This document shows, in pieces, positions 34,377-46,774 of a DNA stretch of 64,000 bases. The position numbers and the translations under genes are program-made. The DNA is from Chrysemys picta bellii (taxonomy: Eukaryota). Where the stretch lies: the NCBI RefSeq assembly GCF_011386835.1, contig NC_088806.1, positions 31,682,001 to 31,746,000 of the forward strand, given 5' to 3'. How positions within the stretch are numbered: the first letter of the stretch is position 1; the number at the start of each line of letters is the position of its first letter. Below the pieces are notes generated by a model. The model was not told the origin of the DNA and made no database searches. It was given only the letters and a program-made list of their open reading frames with translations.

Positions 34377-34782
34377 GTATGGTTTTACTCTGGTGCTTTA
34401 ACTCTGTCTAGGGCAGAAGGTGATTAAAAATTGAAAACCCTTTCTAAAGTCCGACTGGAACGTTGAAGGGAAAGAGTTCTCTCTCCCCCTTCGTCTCTTC
34501 CCTTTCTTTGTTTTCAGGTCAAATCTTTACAAAGCTGATCCTCAGAACAAACCACTTATTCCTGCCAGCTCACCTTGGTGATAGCTCAGGCGTTTATTTC
34601 TGGGGTGGGAAGGGAAGCTAAAAAGATTTAGGTTACTTGCATATGATAAAAACACAGTGAGGAGAGTCAAACCCTTCGTCCGTTGATGAAGAGTTAGCCT
34701 GTGTGCTAAGGTTTTCTGATCTTCAGTTGATACAACATGGTCCAGTTGCATTGGTTGATCTATTCTCTTACCTTGTTACTAG

Positions 34783-34912
34783 GTCTCCCATCCATGGCCG
34801 GGGCCTATTCTGCAAAAGGAACATTGATGCAGGTGAGATGGTGATTGAATATTCAGGCAATGTTATTCGCTCCATCCTCACTGACAAACGAGAGAAGTAT
34901 TATGACAGCAAG
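34783..34912 (+). CDS. KMT2A: KMT2A exon 35 (SET)
   Basis: SPIHGRGLFCKRNIDAGEMVIEYSGNVIRSILTDKREKYYDSK. Confidence 0.98.
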
Positions 34913-35110
34913 GTGAGTTCTGTGGCTTTCATCAACGTTTGTAAAAGGCACAATTAAACCCATTCACAGCACTTTTCTCTGGTTGGCGAGCTGAAGGGGG
35001 CATTCCCAAGAGGAAACTGATAATTGTCTTTCACAGGGGTTATGGAACTGAAACCCTGTGTAACTATGGAAAAAATATATGCCCTAATGTGTGGAGTCCT
35101 ATAAAATAGG

Positions 35111-35312
35111 AGTACTATGTAAGTGCTAATAATCTTCAGTGTACTGTACAAACAGCTGATCCTCACAACCCTCTGTGGGATAAGGAGTATAGATGGGGAA
35201 ATGAAGGCAGAGGAGCTAAGCTGTTTGCCCCAGTTCAGAGAGGGGATTGGTGTCATAGCCAAGATTAGAACGGAAGAGTTTCTGGCTGCCATTCCTGTGC
35301 TCAAACCACTAG
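35111..35312 (-). mobile_element. MIR-like SINE
   Basis: atcctcacaaccctctgtg...gatggggaaatgaaggcagag CORE-like pattern. Confidence 0.55.
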
Positions 35313-36110
35313 ATAATTCGTCTGACAACATAAATTGTAGAGGCCAAACAAATTTTACATTCTGATGTGTGTTTGCTTTGGAGAAGGCCTGAATTAAATG
35401 CCCATTGTTGGCAACTTCTCCTATACATATCAGCAATTTCTTCTTGAAGACTCTTTTCTGTTTGTGTTGACGTAGACATTAGCAGAATAATGTTGAACTG
35501 AAAATAATTATGAAAAAGAGAGAAGTTTCACATTGTGACATCCCAAGTGCTTTCGGACAGAGCCAAAACATGTTTGTGGTGACTTTAAAACTAGTGACTT
35601 CCAGTTGCAATGCAGTGTTATGACCTCCAGCAGCAGTTCGTAGAGAATGGGCCCCGAGCCTGGCCAGACTGGGTCTGTGGGGATTGCAAGGGGCATAGAT
35701 GTGTCTGTGTGGGTGCAAGGGTGGGTTAAAGGGAGTCAAGTAAATGTATCGTGCAATAGGCGTGAAAATTGCACCTGAACTCTGTAGTTTGGGGTTCTAG
35801 ACTTCCCAGTTTTTCCAGCACTGACTGGAGCTCTAGCATCACTTCCTTTGCTTCCTCCAAGGGCTTAGGAAATATTTGAGCCCTGCATCAGCACTGTGGA
35901 TTCAAAGGGTATGAGGATAAAATGGCTCAAGCAAGTACCTTATAACTGAAGAGTGGCTGCAGGATTCTAAGGAGATCATGGTTCCACACCAACTATATTT
36001 TGATTTCTCTTGTTTAGTTATGGTAATAAACAATCTCCTGAAACTCCAGGCAGGGGAGAGGACTCTTGGCTTCCCTGAACTCTAAATGCCTTTCTTTCCT
36101 CCATGCCCAG

Positions 36111-36386
36111 GGGATTGGCTGCTACATGTTCCGCATTGATGACTCCGAAGTGGTAGATGCCACTATGCACGGAAATGCAGCCCGCTTCATCAACCACTCA
36201 TGTGAGCCCAACTGTTACTCCCGTGTAATCAACATTGATGGCCAGAAACACATCGTCATCTTCGCCATGCGCAAAATCTACCGCGGGGAGGAACTCACGT
36301 ATGACTACAAATTCCCCATTGAAGACGCCAGCAACAAACTGCCTTGTAACTGTGGCGCCAAGAAGTGCAGGAAATTCTTAAACTAA
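36111..36386 (+). CDS. KMT2A: KMT2A exon 36, terminal coding part (SET and post-SET), TAA stop
   Basis: [35 protein letters not shown]...[13 protein letters not shown]. Confidence 0.99.
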   Translation, partial: GIGCYMFRIDDSEVVDATMHGNAARFINHSCEPNCYSRVINIDGQKHIVIFAMRKIYRGEELTYDYKFPIEDASNKLPCNCGAKKCRKFLN

Positions 36387-39300
36387 AACTTTCATTAGCT
36401 GTGAGTGAGCCCTGAAGGGCCTGGGGCGAACCAAAGTTACAATGCATTTCCTTCCCGCCTTTTGGGGGGAGAGGGGAGGACAGAGACGGAAATGAAGATT
36501 GACGGGGGCTCAGGGACGTAAGTGATGGCTGCGCTTCTCCGCCAGAGTCCACATCTTCATGTCTCACATGCGCACACTTATCTTTTGTGAAAGACACGGA
36601 TGATCAGAGAAGATCCTCAATATGATTGTTATACTTTTTCCACTTCCCCCCCTTTCCTTCTTCTCCCCCCCCCCCCCCTGTATTTGTCATTGTGGGATAG
36701 TGAGCGGGAGAGGGGGAAGGGTGGATGGATGAGGCAAAACAGACCAAAACCCATATGTGGGTAGAGGCCTCAGATTTTGTCCTTTGTTGTTTCTGGTTTG
36801 TCAGGACTCTGTGACCAGCTTTGCCAGGAACGGCAATGTGGGGTTTTCAGTTTCCTTCGCTTGCTGTGTCATAATTTAAAAAAGCACAGTACTTGACTGA
36901 GCTTTTCCTCAGGAGAGAGACTGTATCCCATCAACCAGCTCCATGAAGGATGTTCTGAGTGTCTGGTTCCTTCCACCATGCATTTCCAAAACACTATTTG
37001 TGAGCAGGCTGGGTCTTATCCGACTTCTTAGAGCAGCCATAGGTGGCCCCAGTGCATTTCTCTTGGTTGGTCTGTCCTTTATTGGGGCCTGGGAAGAGTA
37101 AATAAGACTAGGGTAACCTACAGCAGCCTGTAAGTGAACTGAAAAGGGTTTCAGTAGCATTTTCCTCTGAAATTCCTGTTTTTGTATGAGAGAGTTCCTA
37201 GCTATTTTAGTAAAGGAAGGGGCTGTGTTGGGTTTATGCCAACTGATTACAGTGATTCACTCTTCAGGATTTACAACCCAAAGTGGAAATCCTTGTCAGC
37301 AAAGGCCTTGTTTCAGTAATTAAGTCCTTTGTAGAGTAGGAACAACTCTTCTCCCATGTTTCTGCCGTCAGAAATCGGCACTCTTCTTTGGTCTAGGGAG
37401 AGATCTGCTTCCTACCTCTGACCTGCCCAAGCAATGGAGATCCATGAGCCGAGAAGCAGGACCTGCAGCTGTCCGAAATGGAGAGCAGCTCTGATAGCCA
37501 GCCCGTGCTCCCAGACAGAAACCAGCAAAGGCGGTTTGCAGAGATTGCAACTGGAGAAGCTCTGCTCACGTGGTTTAAATAATGTAGTAGGATAAATGAA
37601 TCAGGCAAATGAGTGATTTCTCTAAGCACATCCCTCTCTCTAGATCCATTTCTAGGTTACGGTTACGTCAATCTTCCTTGTAAGACATAGGAATAGGCAC
37701 CAAAAGGGGGTTTTAAAAGCTCAGTAGACATGCAAGGCCAAACACTAACAGTCTGAGCATACTCCTTGTAGCATTTAAAAATGTTTTTAGGAAACCAGTT
37801 TGCAACTGCCACAATTAAACCCACCTGAGTGAAATAGTAAATCCATTTAAAAAGCAAAACAGAATGACACTAGTCCTGGTTCAAGCGGGATAACTTCCCC
37901 CCTTTTGGATCCAAAAGAGGGGAAAAAAAAAAAAAAAAAAGAGCCCCAACCCTATTAAATTAAGTGATTGGATTTTACTCTGTTCTGTTTACAGTGTAGT
38001 ATTTAAGGTTTTATAAATGTAAATATATTTTGTATATTTTTCTATGAGAAGCACTTCATAGGGAAAAGCACTTATGACAAGGCTATTTTTAAACAGTGGT
38101 ATTATCCTAATTTAAGATAATCTGTTTTTAATAATTTTTTTATTTTCATAGGATGGTTATAGGAAATATCTGGCTGGACATAGTCTGATCCTTCCTCCTG
38201 AGAGAGGGATACTTTTATTTTTATTTTACTTTTAATCTTGTTCTCCCTTGTTGACTTAAGTAACTGTTTCCTGGAAGCTTTGGCTGAACCTTAATTATAT
38301 TGATTTGTCAAGGGAGAGGGCATGGGGAACAATCACCCAACTCAGGAGGAGTTTGACTCAGTGGAACTTTATTTGAACATCTGTGTTAACATTTTTTGGT
38401 ACAGTTTTCCTACCGCTGGGCAGAAAGAGGCATGATTCTGCCTTGACACATGCCACTGTTCTGTTTATAGAAAGGTGAAGGAGAGGGGGTAATAATCGCT
38501 ATCTTTACTTTTTTCCATTAGTTTGTTCAGAGCTCAGAATTAGGAATATGGCAGGAAATACGAATTTTTCCACCTTGCTCTTTCTATTTGAATCTTGCAG
38601 AGCAGACATGTCCTCCTCAGTAATTCACTGATCCTGCCAGGATACTTACTGAGCGTGAGTGGTCCCTGCACCTCTGGAGAGATCACTTTAACTTAAGCCC
38701 AGGACTGTGATTGGTAGCAGGGAAAGCCAACTTCCCATCACTCACTACTGTGTTTCTAAAGCAGCTTCACTGGATAAAGAGACAGAGTGGGTTTTCATTC
38801 TCGGAAAATTCTCAACTCTTCAGCCAGAGAAACTTGGTCCTGTGGAAATTGAGCAAAGCAATAGAACCACAGTCCTGCCTTTGTTCACCATCATTGTTAG
38901 GAACAGGTGTGGGATTTGCACCCACCAATGCACTTCTCAGCCCTGAGTGCCTCTCACTTGGAAACATATGAATTTTTCCTTTGAACAGTAAAATCATAAT
39001 GTACTCCTCTCTCATCTGTCCCTGTGGACAGGCCATCTACAATTTGCTGAATTAGCAAATTGAAAGGCTGCTATGAAACAGCGTCAGCAGCCACCTATGG
39101 AAATTGGACAGCATTGACTAATAACTCCTAGCGCTCACAGTCTAGCACTATGTATCTGTGCCATTCAACCCCACAGACCTCTTCCTCTGACCTGAGAATG
39201 AAATGCAGCACTCAGAAGGGTCAGGAATTGCTGTTTCCTTTTTTTATTGCACTGTGTGATTATTATTTTGTAAAACTTTTTTTAAAGGAAAAATCAAAGT

Positions 39301-41400
39301 CAAAGCTGCACGTGTTACTGAAATGATTTGATGCACTGACAGTTTGGGAATGCACACACACTGAGAGACCAGAAAGCATGTCTGGGGCAATCTCAGCTCA
39401 GAGTCCCTAGATGCAGCTCTTCGTGGCAGTGCTGGGGGACAGTTCCAGTGCTGGACACACCGGTGAATTTTAACTTCAGAATGGTCTAGTTCAATCATTT
39501 TCCCCCTTCTCCCTCCTGCTGATATCCCTTAATCTGGCAGAGAATTAGCCTCTGCAGCTGACAACAATCCCATTCTTGTCTCTTGCCAAAAATCTGTGTA
39601 GCTATCAGCTATTTAATAAGCAAAATTGAGTCCTCACCAGAAATCCACACTAAGAGCAAGCTCTGATCAGGAAACACTGCTCCCACAAACTCCCTTAGGA
39701 AAAAAATCAAGAAGAGGGGGAAAAATAAGTAAAGGAGAAAACAGAAGAGAGATACCACCTGAGTCCCTCTGAGAACCAGGCACTAGAAATTTCCTCTACC
39801 GTGAGGACTGAGAGCGCAAATGGATCAGGCTAGAATTTGGTAGAAGGTCCAGCTCACTGAATGCTTTGCTGCTATACCTGTTGTGGCTGCCTTAACTAGC
39901 AGCCACTGTGGCCAGTGAAACTGTCTGTAAACCAGAGAAGCTGAATTGTGCTGACTTACAGGCTGGGCCAGGGGTCCCCTTGGCTCCCCACTTCCATTGT
40001 TCTCACCAGTCTATCTCCAGCACAGAGGTTTTCAGTCACTTACAGTTTTAAACAAATAAAAGGAAGGTGGGGAGAAGCCTTGGCAGCTAGTATTTAAGTT
40101 TTCAATGATTCATCTGTAAGACACAGGCCTATGTGCCCTTTAACCCTGTCCTGCCCAGGCTAATAGTGAGCACAATGCAGCTTCCTCGTATATGAATGTA
40201 TATTTTATAAGGACTGACATAGATCATGATATCTGAAAATACTAAAAGTCAAACCTTAAGGCATTTATTTTTATTTGTACAAACCAATTTTTTTAAAGGA
40301 AAAGCGGGTCATTGCAAAGGGCTGGGTATAATCTTTTTATTTCATTTACTTTCATTTCCAAGCAATACCAGGTTCTTCAGCAAGATGGTCTTTGTGCAGA
40401 ATCATGCCATTCAAACCCATACTACTGGTCCATACTCAACACATTTGCGAGTTTTTTTTTTTATAACTATAAATATGATATATATAGGAACTAATATAGT
40501 AATGCACCGTGTAATGAAGCCTAGTTCAGTATCGGTCCATGGCTTTTAATTCTCTTAACACTATAGATAAGGATTGTGTTACAGTTGCTAACAAAGGCAG
40601 GAAAAATAATCAAGCTGTGTACTTCTGGGTTAACAAATGTAAACTGAAGGGGGCTTGCTTGGCACTAGTGCAGAACACCTCAGCCTGAAGAGTGACAGCA
40701 TTCGCATTCAGGAGCTTGCTGCAGAAATGAAATACTTAGCCCGTAGTTTCCCTGCTTGAGGATTTTTCTGACCTTCAGTGTTACCAGTCAGTACTTGTAC
40801 AACTTGTTTTTTTGTTTTTTGGAATTTTTTTTTTTTTTGGTTATGAATGTTGGGGTACCACCTGCATATAGGGAAAAATGTGTTCTGTGCTTTCCTGGTA
40901 TCTTTTTAACAAGGTACTGTAGCTTTGTCTATCAACCAAGAACTATACTTGTGGTGTTTCTTTTATTAAACTTAACAGTCTCTTTGGTAAATACAGATAG
41001 GTGAATAATTGTTCAAAAAAAAAAAAAAAAAAAGCTCTACAATGGCAAGGTTATGTTCTAGAAATAATACATTTCTCAACAACTTATCATGTATAACAGA
41101 TCTTTTATTTCTTTCTTTCTTGTGTTCTTCCAAGCTTCTGGTTTTAAAAAAAAAAGGAAAAAAAAAAGAAAAAAGGAAATGTCTAAAGTACATCAGTGTT
41201 AACTCCCTGTCACAGGGACGAAGGAAATACTTTAATAGTTAAAAAACAATGCTGAAAGCTCTGCGAAAGACTGAATGTAAAAATAAAAAAGTGTATATAG
41301 TTGTAAAAAACAAAAAGGAGTTTTTAAACATGTTTATTTTCTATGCACTTTTTTTTATTTAAGTGATAGTTTAATTAATAAACATGTCAAGTTTATTGCT
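36387..41400 (+). other. KMT2A: KMT2A 3'UTR (~5 kb, no obvious transposons)
   Basis: AT-rich tract between the stop codon and the terminal AATAAA; end inferred. Confidence 0.7.
41377..41382 (+). terminator. Probable KMT2A poly(A) signal
   Basis: AATAAA within ttaattAATAAAcatgtcaag; U-rich upstream, GU/U-rich downstream. Confidence 0.7.
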
Positions 41401-41639
41401 GCAGAGGGTGACTCTTGATTTACTTTATTTTTAAAAAGCTGGAGAGGAGGAGGTGTTCCAGTGCCACCATCGCTCAGCCTCATCATATGAATCACCCTTT
41501 CTTCAGAAAAGGCACATGGGTATCATGTGGCTTCATTATTACTATTTGCGTTGTAGTGCCATAGATCTGACTGGTGCGCTGCGAAAGAAATGAGTCCCTG
41601 CCTCAAAAGGGGATGGTTCTTGACAGGTAACCTTGAAAC

Positions 41640-41960
41640 ATAAGGGCATGCAGTGATGTCATGAAATAAAAATTAGAAGGTACAGACGGGAGAAAACCGT
41701 GCTTGGGAGGTTTGAGAATGGGTGGTGTGGAATTCGAGCTCCCTTTACCTTTGCCAGGAGCTGAAGAGGAGTTTCCTGCAGTAGCGTGGCTGACGTTGTA
41801 TGAAGGGATGCAAGTGGCTCAGGCAAAAGGTATGTAGAGAGGGAAGAAGCTAAAAACAAGGCAATTTTGAATTGGCTTCTGAAAGCTCTGGGATATCGAG
41901 CAGAGTTGCTTACGGAGATGATGGTGCAGGCAGCAGTAGTAATGGAGAGTGAGCTATTGA
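41640..41960 (-). mobile_element. Degenerate L2/CR1-clade LINE fragment
   Basis: Purine-rich + strand typical of antisense L2 3' ends; recognition by eye. Confidence 0.35.
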
Positions 41961-42740
41961 AGGGTGAGGAAGGAGGCCTCGTCCCTCCCAAGTCCTTGAT
42001 CCCTCATGGTCACAGAACAAGTGAAACACCATTTGTAAAAATCACCCAGGTGTTAAGTAGACCCTGTGCCAAGAGTGTGTGTGTGTACTTTGTGACTTGT
42101 GTGTGGGATTTTACTGTGGCATTGGGCATCCATGTTCTAAGCTCTTCAGGAAACAGAAACATTCACATATATTCAGCATCTCCCTGTCATCTTGGCCTGT
42201 GATACAGAATTAGTTCAAAGCATTATGAAACTCAGCTTAATGGAAGGAAAGTTAGTTATATTAGTGTAATCAATGTTTATATGCTGCTAGAGCCCAAAGG
42301 CCTCAGTTGGGATTGGAGCCGCATTGCAGGACACTGTACAAACCGCCAGCCAGCCAACAGCCACAGATACACTGAGGGAATGCGGATCCAATGAATCTGG
42401 GGAGGAATTGGCCCTGCTGGGTTAGTTTCATGGATGGTGGATGGCTGGTTTCAGTTGAGGGCAAAGAAAAGAAGGGGAAGAACAACAGGCCCCGCTTGTC
42501 ACCTCTCCAGCGATGCCCTTTGCTGTGGTGCCTGGAGAACCATCCAGAGGGGCATCCTGAGGCGGACAAGACACTGACAGTGGGGATTTGATCAGGGCTT
42601 TTCCTCAGGCATGAAGCCAGCACAGAGGTGTCTGAGGGAGAAACTGCTTTGTGGGCAGTGAAGACTGGGAACACTGGCAAAGCGAACACAGGTTGACATC
42701 ACCTTAGGTAAGTAGGTCACCAAGTGGAGTGGAGCAACAT

Positions 42741-43245
42741 TAGGGTTACCATGTTTAAAAAATAAAGAGAGGACACTCCATGGGCCCCGGCCCTGCCCCC
42801 TTTCCCACCCCCAGCCCTTCCCCAAAGTCCCCGCCCTAACTCTGCCCCCTCCCCTGAGTGCCCCGCATTCCTCCTCCTCCCTCCCAGCCACGTGAAAAGG
42901 GCTGCCTGAGCGCTACCGGCTTCACGGTTTGCCGGGCAGCCTCCAGACCCTGCGCCCCCGGCCGGCACTTCCCCAGCACAGCTGGAGCCCGGGAGCGGAA
43001 GTGCCCGGCCGGGGGTGCAGGGTCCAGAGGCATGGGGGCTGCCCGAAGCCGGTAGCACTCAGGCAGCTCGGCTCTTACAGAGCCCAGGAGTCAGGGAGCT
43101 CAGCAGCCCCCGGCGCCCACTCTAAGGTAAGCCAGGGAGTATTTTTCCCGGACATGTTCGGCTTTTTGGAAATTCCCCCCGGACGGGGGTTTGATTACCA
43201 AAAAGCCGGACATATCCGGGAAAAACCGGACGTATGGTAACCCTA
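42741..43245. mobile_element. Young hAT (Tip100-like) non-autonomous element
   Basis: 12-bp perfect TIR TAGGGTTACCAT/ATGGTAACCCTA; perfect 8-bp TSD AGCAACAT (42733-40, 43246-53); CpG-rich. Confidence 0.93.
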
Positions 43246-43799
43246 AGCAACATTATGAACTGCCTTGAAGGTAAAGACAAGTATCTTTTATTTGATATAC
43301 AGGTGAAGGAGGAACTGGCAGAGGGACTCAGGGCCTGACGTCAGAATCCCGAGGATAACATCTTGGCAGAAGCATGGTGAAGACACAAGGGGAGTAAGGG
43401 TGCAGGAGTCCAAGCCAGATGAGAGGGTTCTGTAGCCAAGACAGTCAAGGATCCAGGCTTGGACAACAATTTTGGCTGTGTATGCAGGGGGGAAAAGTCC
43501 AATGTCAGAGGAGACGTGTAAGAAAACTGAAGATTTAACAATGACCTGAATGTGCATCCAGTTTATTTCCATGTCTGTGCAATAGAAACTGGTAGTGCTT
43601 TGGGTGGGGCTAGAACCCCTTTCCCTGCCCTCTCCCCCACACATCCTGTTACTGACCTCAACGCCTGCAATGGTTTTAGTGAGTTCAGCTCACATTTGAC
43701 ATTTTGAATGTCTGGACCCTGCAATTCCACTCCTGTCCTTGCCTGCAGTTAACAGCCACAGGCCCTCTGGAGGCTTGATCTGCCTCTAGCATCCTGTCC

Positions 43800-43972
43800 C
43801 TGGCCAAAGGGCCATGTGAACATTAACTTCCCCTGCCGCTCTGCAGTGCGGTGCCCCCATCTCCTCCCCCACTCCTATTGGCTGCTTTTAGGCCAGTCCC
43901 CAATTGTGTCTCCAGACCTCATTCCTGGCTTGTTAGAGGTGCCTTTTCCTGCCTCTCACTGTGCTGTGAAAC
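43800..43972 (+). promoter_or_regulatory. Putative TTC36 proximal promoter
   Basis: HNF4-like TGGCCAAAGGGCCA (43801), HNF1 half-site ATTAAC, CCAAT boxes at 43877 (reverse) and 43900; motif inference only. Confidence 0.4.
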
Positions 43973-44087
43973 ATGGCTACAGCCAAGGACAGAGCGGTTC
44001 TGCAAACAATCTTTAACCCCAATACTCCTTTTGGGGATATCCCTGGGTTAGATGAGGAAGAGGAGGCAGCAGCAATCCAAGGAGAAG
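43973..44087 (+). CDS. TTC36: TTC36 exon 1
   Basis: [31 protein letters not shown] matches the TTC36 N-terminus; GTGAGG donor. Confidence 0.92.
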
Positions 44088-45375
44088 GTGAGGTTTGATT
44101 CAGCAGCAGTTGTACCTCTGGGGCCTCAGATTCTTGCTGGTAACTAAATGTCTGTGCAGTGGCTGTGATTTACCCTTCCAGTGGCGGACTTTGCCATTGA
44201 GGAGGTGTGCGCTGGCACTGGTTAATGAAGGGAAGAACTGTCTTCATTGTGAACAATGGCACTGCTGTAATCCAAGAGAAGTCAGTGGAGTTACACCAGA
44301 CTAGTTGCAGGGATGTTGTGGAATGATCCAGTGTTCCCCTGGCAGTGACTGATAGGGGCTTGGAAGCTAGGGCAGAGCTCACTAAGCGCTGGAAGGAGAG
44401 CATGCTGATCTCTAGAAAGACATGCCAGTTGGACTAACTGGACCCTATGGGACTAGGGCCCTCACTAGTTAGCACCTGAAAGCTCTTCTCAGCCCTGGAG
44501 GGGGAAATCTCTACAATGCAGACAAAGTGATGCAAGAGAGCTGCCTGCTTGCCTCTTGTCATGCTGCATGTCTGTCACTTAGATGAGAAGAGAACAGCAG
44601 GTCCCTGCATCTATGACTCCTTACCAGATAATGGTGCCGCTGGGAGTTGGGGGAGGGCCCCCAGAGCAGGGCCACAATTACAGAAGGTGGGGTAGCAGAT
44701 ACCTGCCTGATCACCTCAGCCTGCCTTCTACATTCGGCCAGTGCAGGCATCTCGGGGCCCCATCGCCTTCCCCCAAACTCACAGAATTGTTACAAATAAC
44801 CAAGGAGTCAGGCCTGGATCAGGTGCTGAGTGGATCCCATTGGACCCACCCCTGGGTCAGGCAGTCCTGTGGAAAGGGATCACACAGGAGACAGGAAAGT
44901 TCCTCTTCTAATTCACTGGGGAACAGCTTGAACACTTTGGCCTTGGGGCCAGGACCCAGGCACTTTGCAGTGAGGTTCCTGGTCTCTCTTTGGGGCAGCA
45001 GGTTTAGGTGAATCTGAATGTGTGTGGAAATTAAACTGCATGTTGGATTTAAATGCAGCCTGCTGCCCAGTCTGCATTCCTGCCTCAGTAAAGGGGATCT
45101 GCCCAATGGGGATCTGCTGTCACAGCAACCCATGACATGCCTGGGCACCTCTCTCAACCCTTGGTGGATCAGGAAGGCAGAGCCCAAGACTAGCTCAGAG
45201 CCCCCATATTAACCCCCTGCTCCAGTGGGCTCTCCTGTCCCATGCCTGGTGGTGGTGAGACTCTCCCCTCACTGTGCCCTGGTCTGGCACAGGGGATCGC
45301 CCCCACCCCTCCCAAGCTTTGGGTGTCTGCCCAAAGCGCTGCATAAACGAGGCTTTTCCTTTATGCATGTCACAG

Positions 45376-45564
45376 ATGGAGCTTTCGCCTCAGAGCTGCT
45401 GGAGCAAGTCAAAGACCTGGAGCTGCAGGGGGTTTTGGCAGCTGAATCGGGAGATGTGAACACGGCCCTTGAGAGATTCAGCCAGGCCATTCGGCTCCTT
45501 CCGGAGCGAGCCTCGTGCTACAACAACCGTGCCCAGGCCCTTCGTCTCAAAGGGGATGTGGCAG
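45376..45564 (+). CDS. TTC36: TTC36 exon 2 (TPR)
   Basis: [50 protein letters not shown]. Confidence 0.96.
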
Positions 45565-46130
45565 GTAAATGAGGAGGGGAGTTGTGCCCATCACACCTGG
45601 GTTGGCAGTTACGTTGGGGAGGGCAGCAAACAGATGGTCTGACTGGTTCTGGGGTGACTGGGCCAGGCGTGGGGTCTGATGGGCAGCAATGGAGTCACAG
45701 CACAACGTATGTGAATTGCACACAATAGAGAAGTAGGTTCTAGGCTCAGGACTGGGAGCCAGGAACTCCTAGGTTCAATCCTGACATGTGACCCAATGTT
45801 TCATGTGATGTACCTGTGACCCAGGACTTTCTTTTGTGGGTCCTGAAATGCCCATTTTTTCGGTCCTATTGTTTGTTCCAGTGTGTAGTAACACTGGGTA
45901 GAATTTGCTCTGTATTTACCAGGAACACACTTTCAGAGTGATGAACGGGGTTTGGAGTGGAGTAAGATGAGTAGAGACACTACTGGAGATGCGCTGGGGT
46001 TCACAGTCAGTGTTCATGATTCTTGGTCCGTGTTCCATAATAGATAAATTCAGAACAAGTTCTCTCTCCCCTCTGAAAACCTGCCCATGTTGTGGATGGG
46101 TCAGGAGCTGGTGCACAGCATAGAAAATAG

Positions 46131-46179
46131 CAACAGAAGGTCCTGTGGCACCTTTAAGACTAACACGGCTACACCTCTG
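46131..46179. mobile_element. Short Penelope-like retroelement insertion with internal inversion
   Basis: 14-bp TSD AGCATAGAAAATAG (46117-30, 46180-93); overlaps in sequence with the 53872 insert; family name from recalled turtle PLE consensus. Confidence 0.65.
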
Positions 46180-46517
46180 AGCATAGAAAATAGGTACTTT
46201 TTTATCTATTGAATGAACATTTCATGACCCTAAAACAAGTCCTCACAAAAGGACCCTGTTTTTTTTATTTTGAAAATGTTGTTACAGCATCTCAGCTCTG
46301 AGACACACTCCGAGGATGGCTTTGGCCACTGCCCTGTGCCCCATCTGTACGAGAGGGATAATACTTCGCTCTTCCAACAGAAGGCAATGGAAAGTACCTA
46401 GTGCTGTGCATACTGATCATGGATCTGAACCCCCAGGAGCCCACAGCTGAGTCCCAGCACATTCCACTGACCAGGGGCAGGCAGAGTTCACCCTTCTTCC
46501 ATTCTGTCTCCACACAG

Positions 46518-46774
46518 GTGCCCTACAGGACCTGGACACAGCCCTGCACCTCAGCAGGGGCACAGGCCGTGCGGCATGCCAGTGCTTTGTGCAGCGAGGT
46601 CTCATCAAGGTGCTGCAGGGGCACGAGGATGATGCCAGGCAGGATTTTGAGCAGGGAGCCAGACTGGGTAGCGCCTTTGCTCGGCACCAGCTGGTCCTGA
46701 TGAACCCCTATTCAGCGCTCTGCAACCAGATGCTGTTGGAGATGATGAGGAAGCTGCAGAATCCAGACATCTAG
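46518..46774 (+). CDS. TTC36: TTC36 exon 3; total CDS 561 nt, 186 aa
   Basis: [12 protein letters not shown]...[50 protein letters not shown]. Confidence 0.96.

Noticed and set aside
37923-41033. A-tracts (near 37923-41 and 41016-33) as processed-pseudogene tails or poly(A) sites
   Set aside because: Genomic homopolymers in the 3'UTR with no TSD or retrocopy; they are likely oligo-dT mispriming sites
45938-46076. C/D-box snoRNA-like GTGATGA...CTGA in TTC36 intron 2
   Set aside because: Terminal stem only about 3 bp, no clear C'/D' boxes, no rRNA/snRNA complementarity recognised
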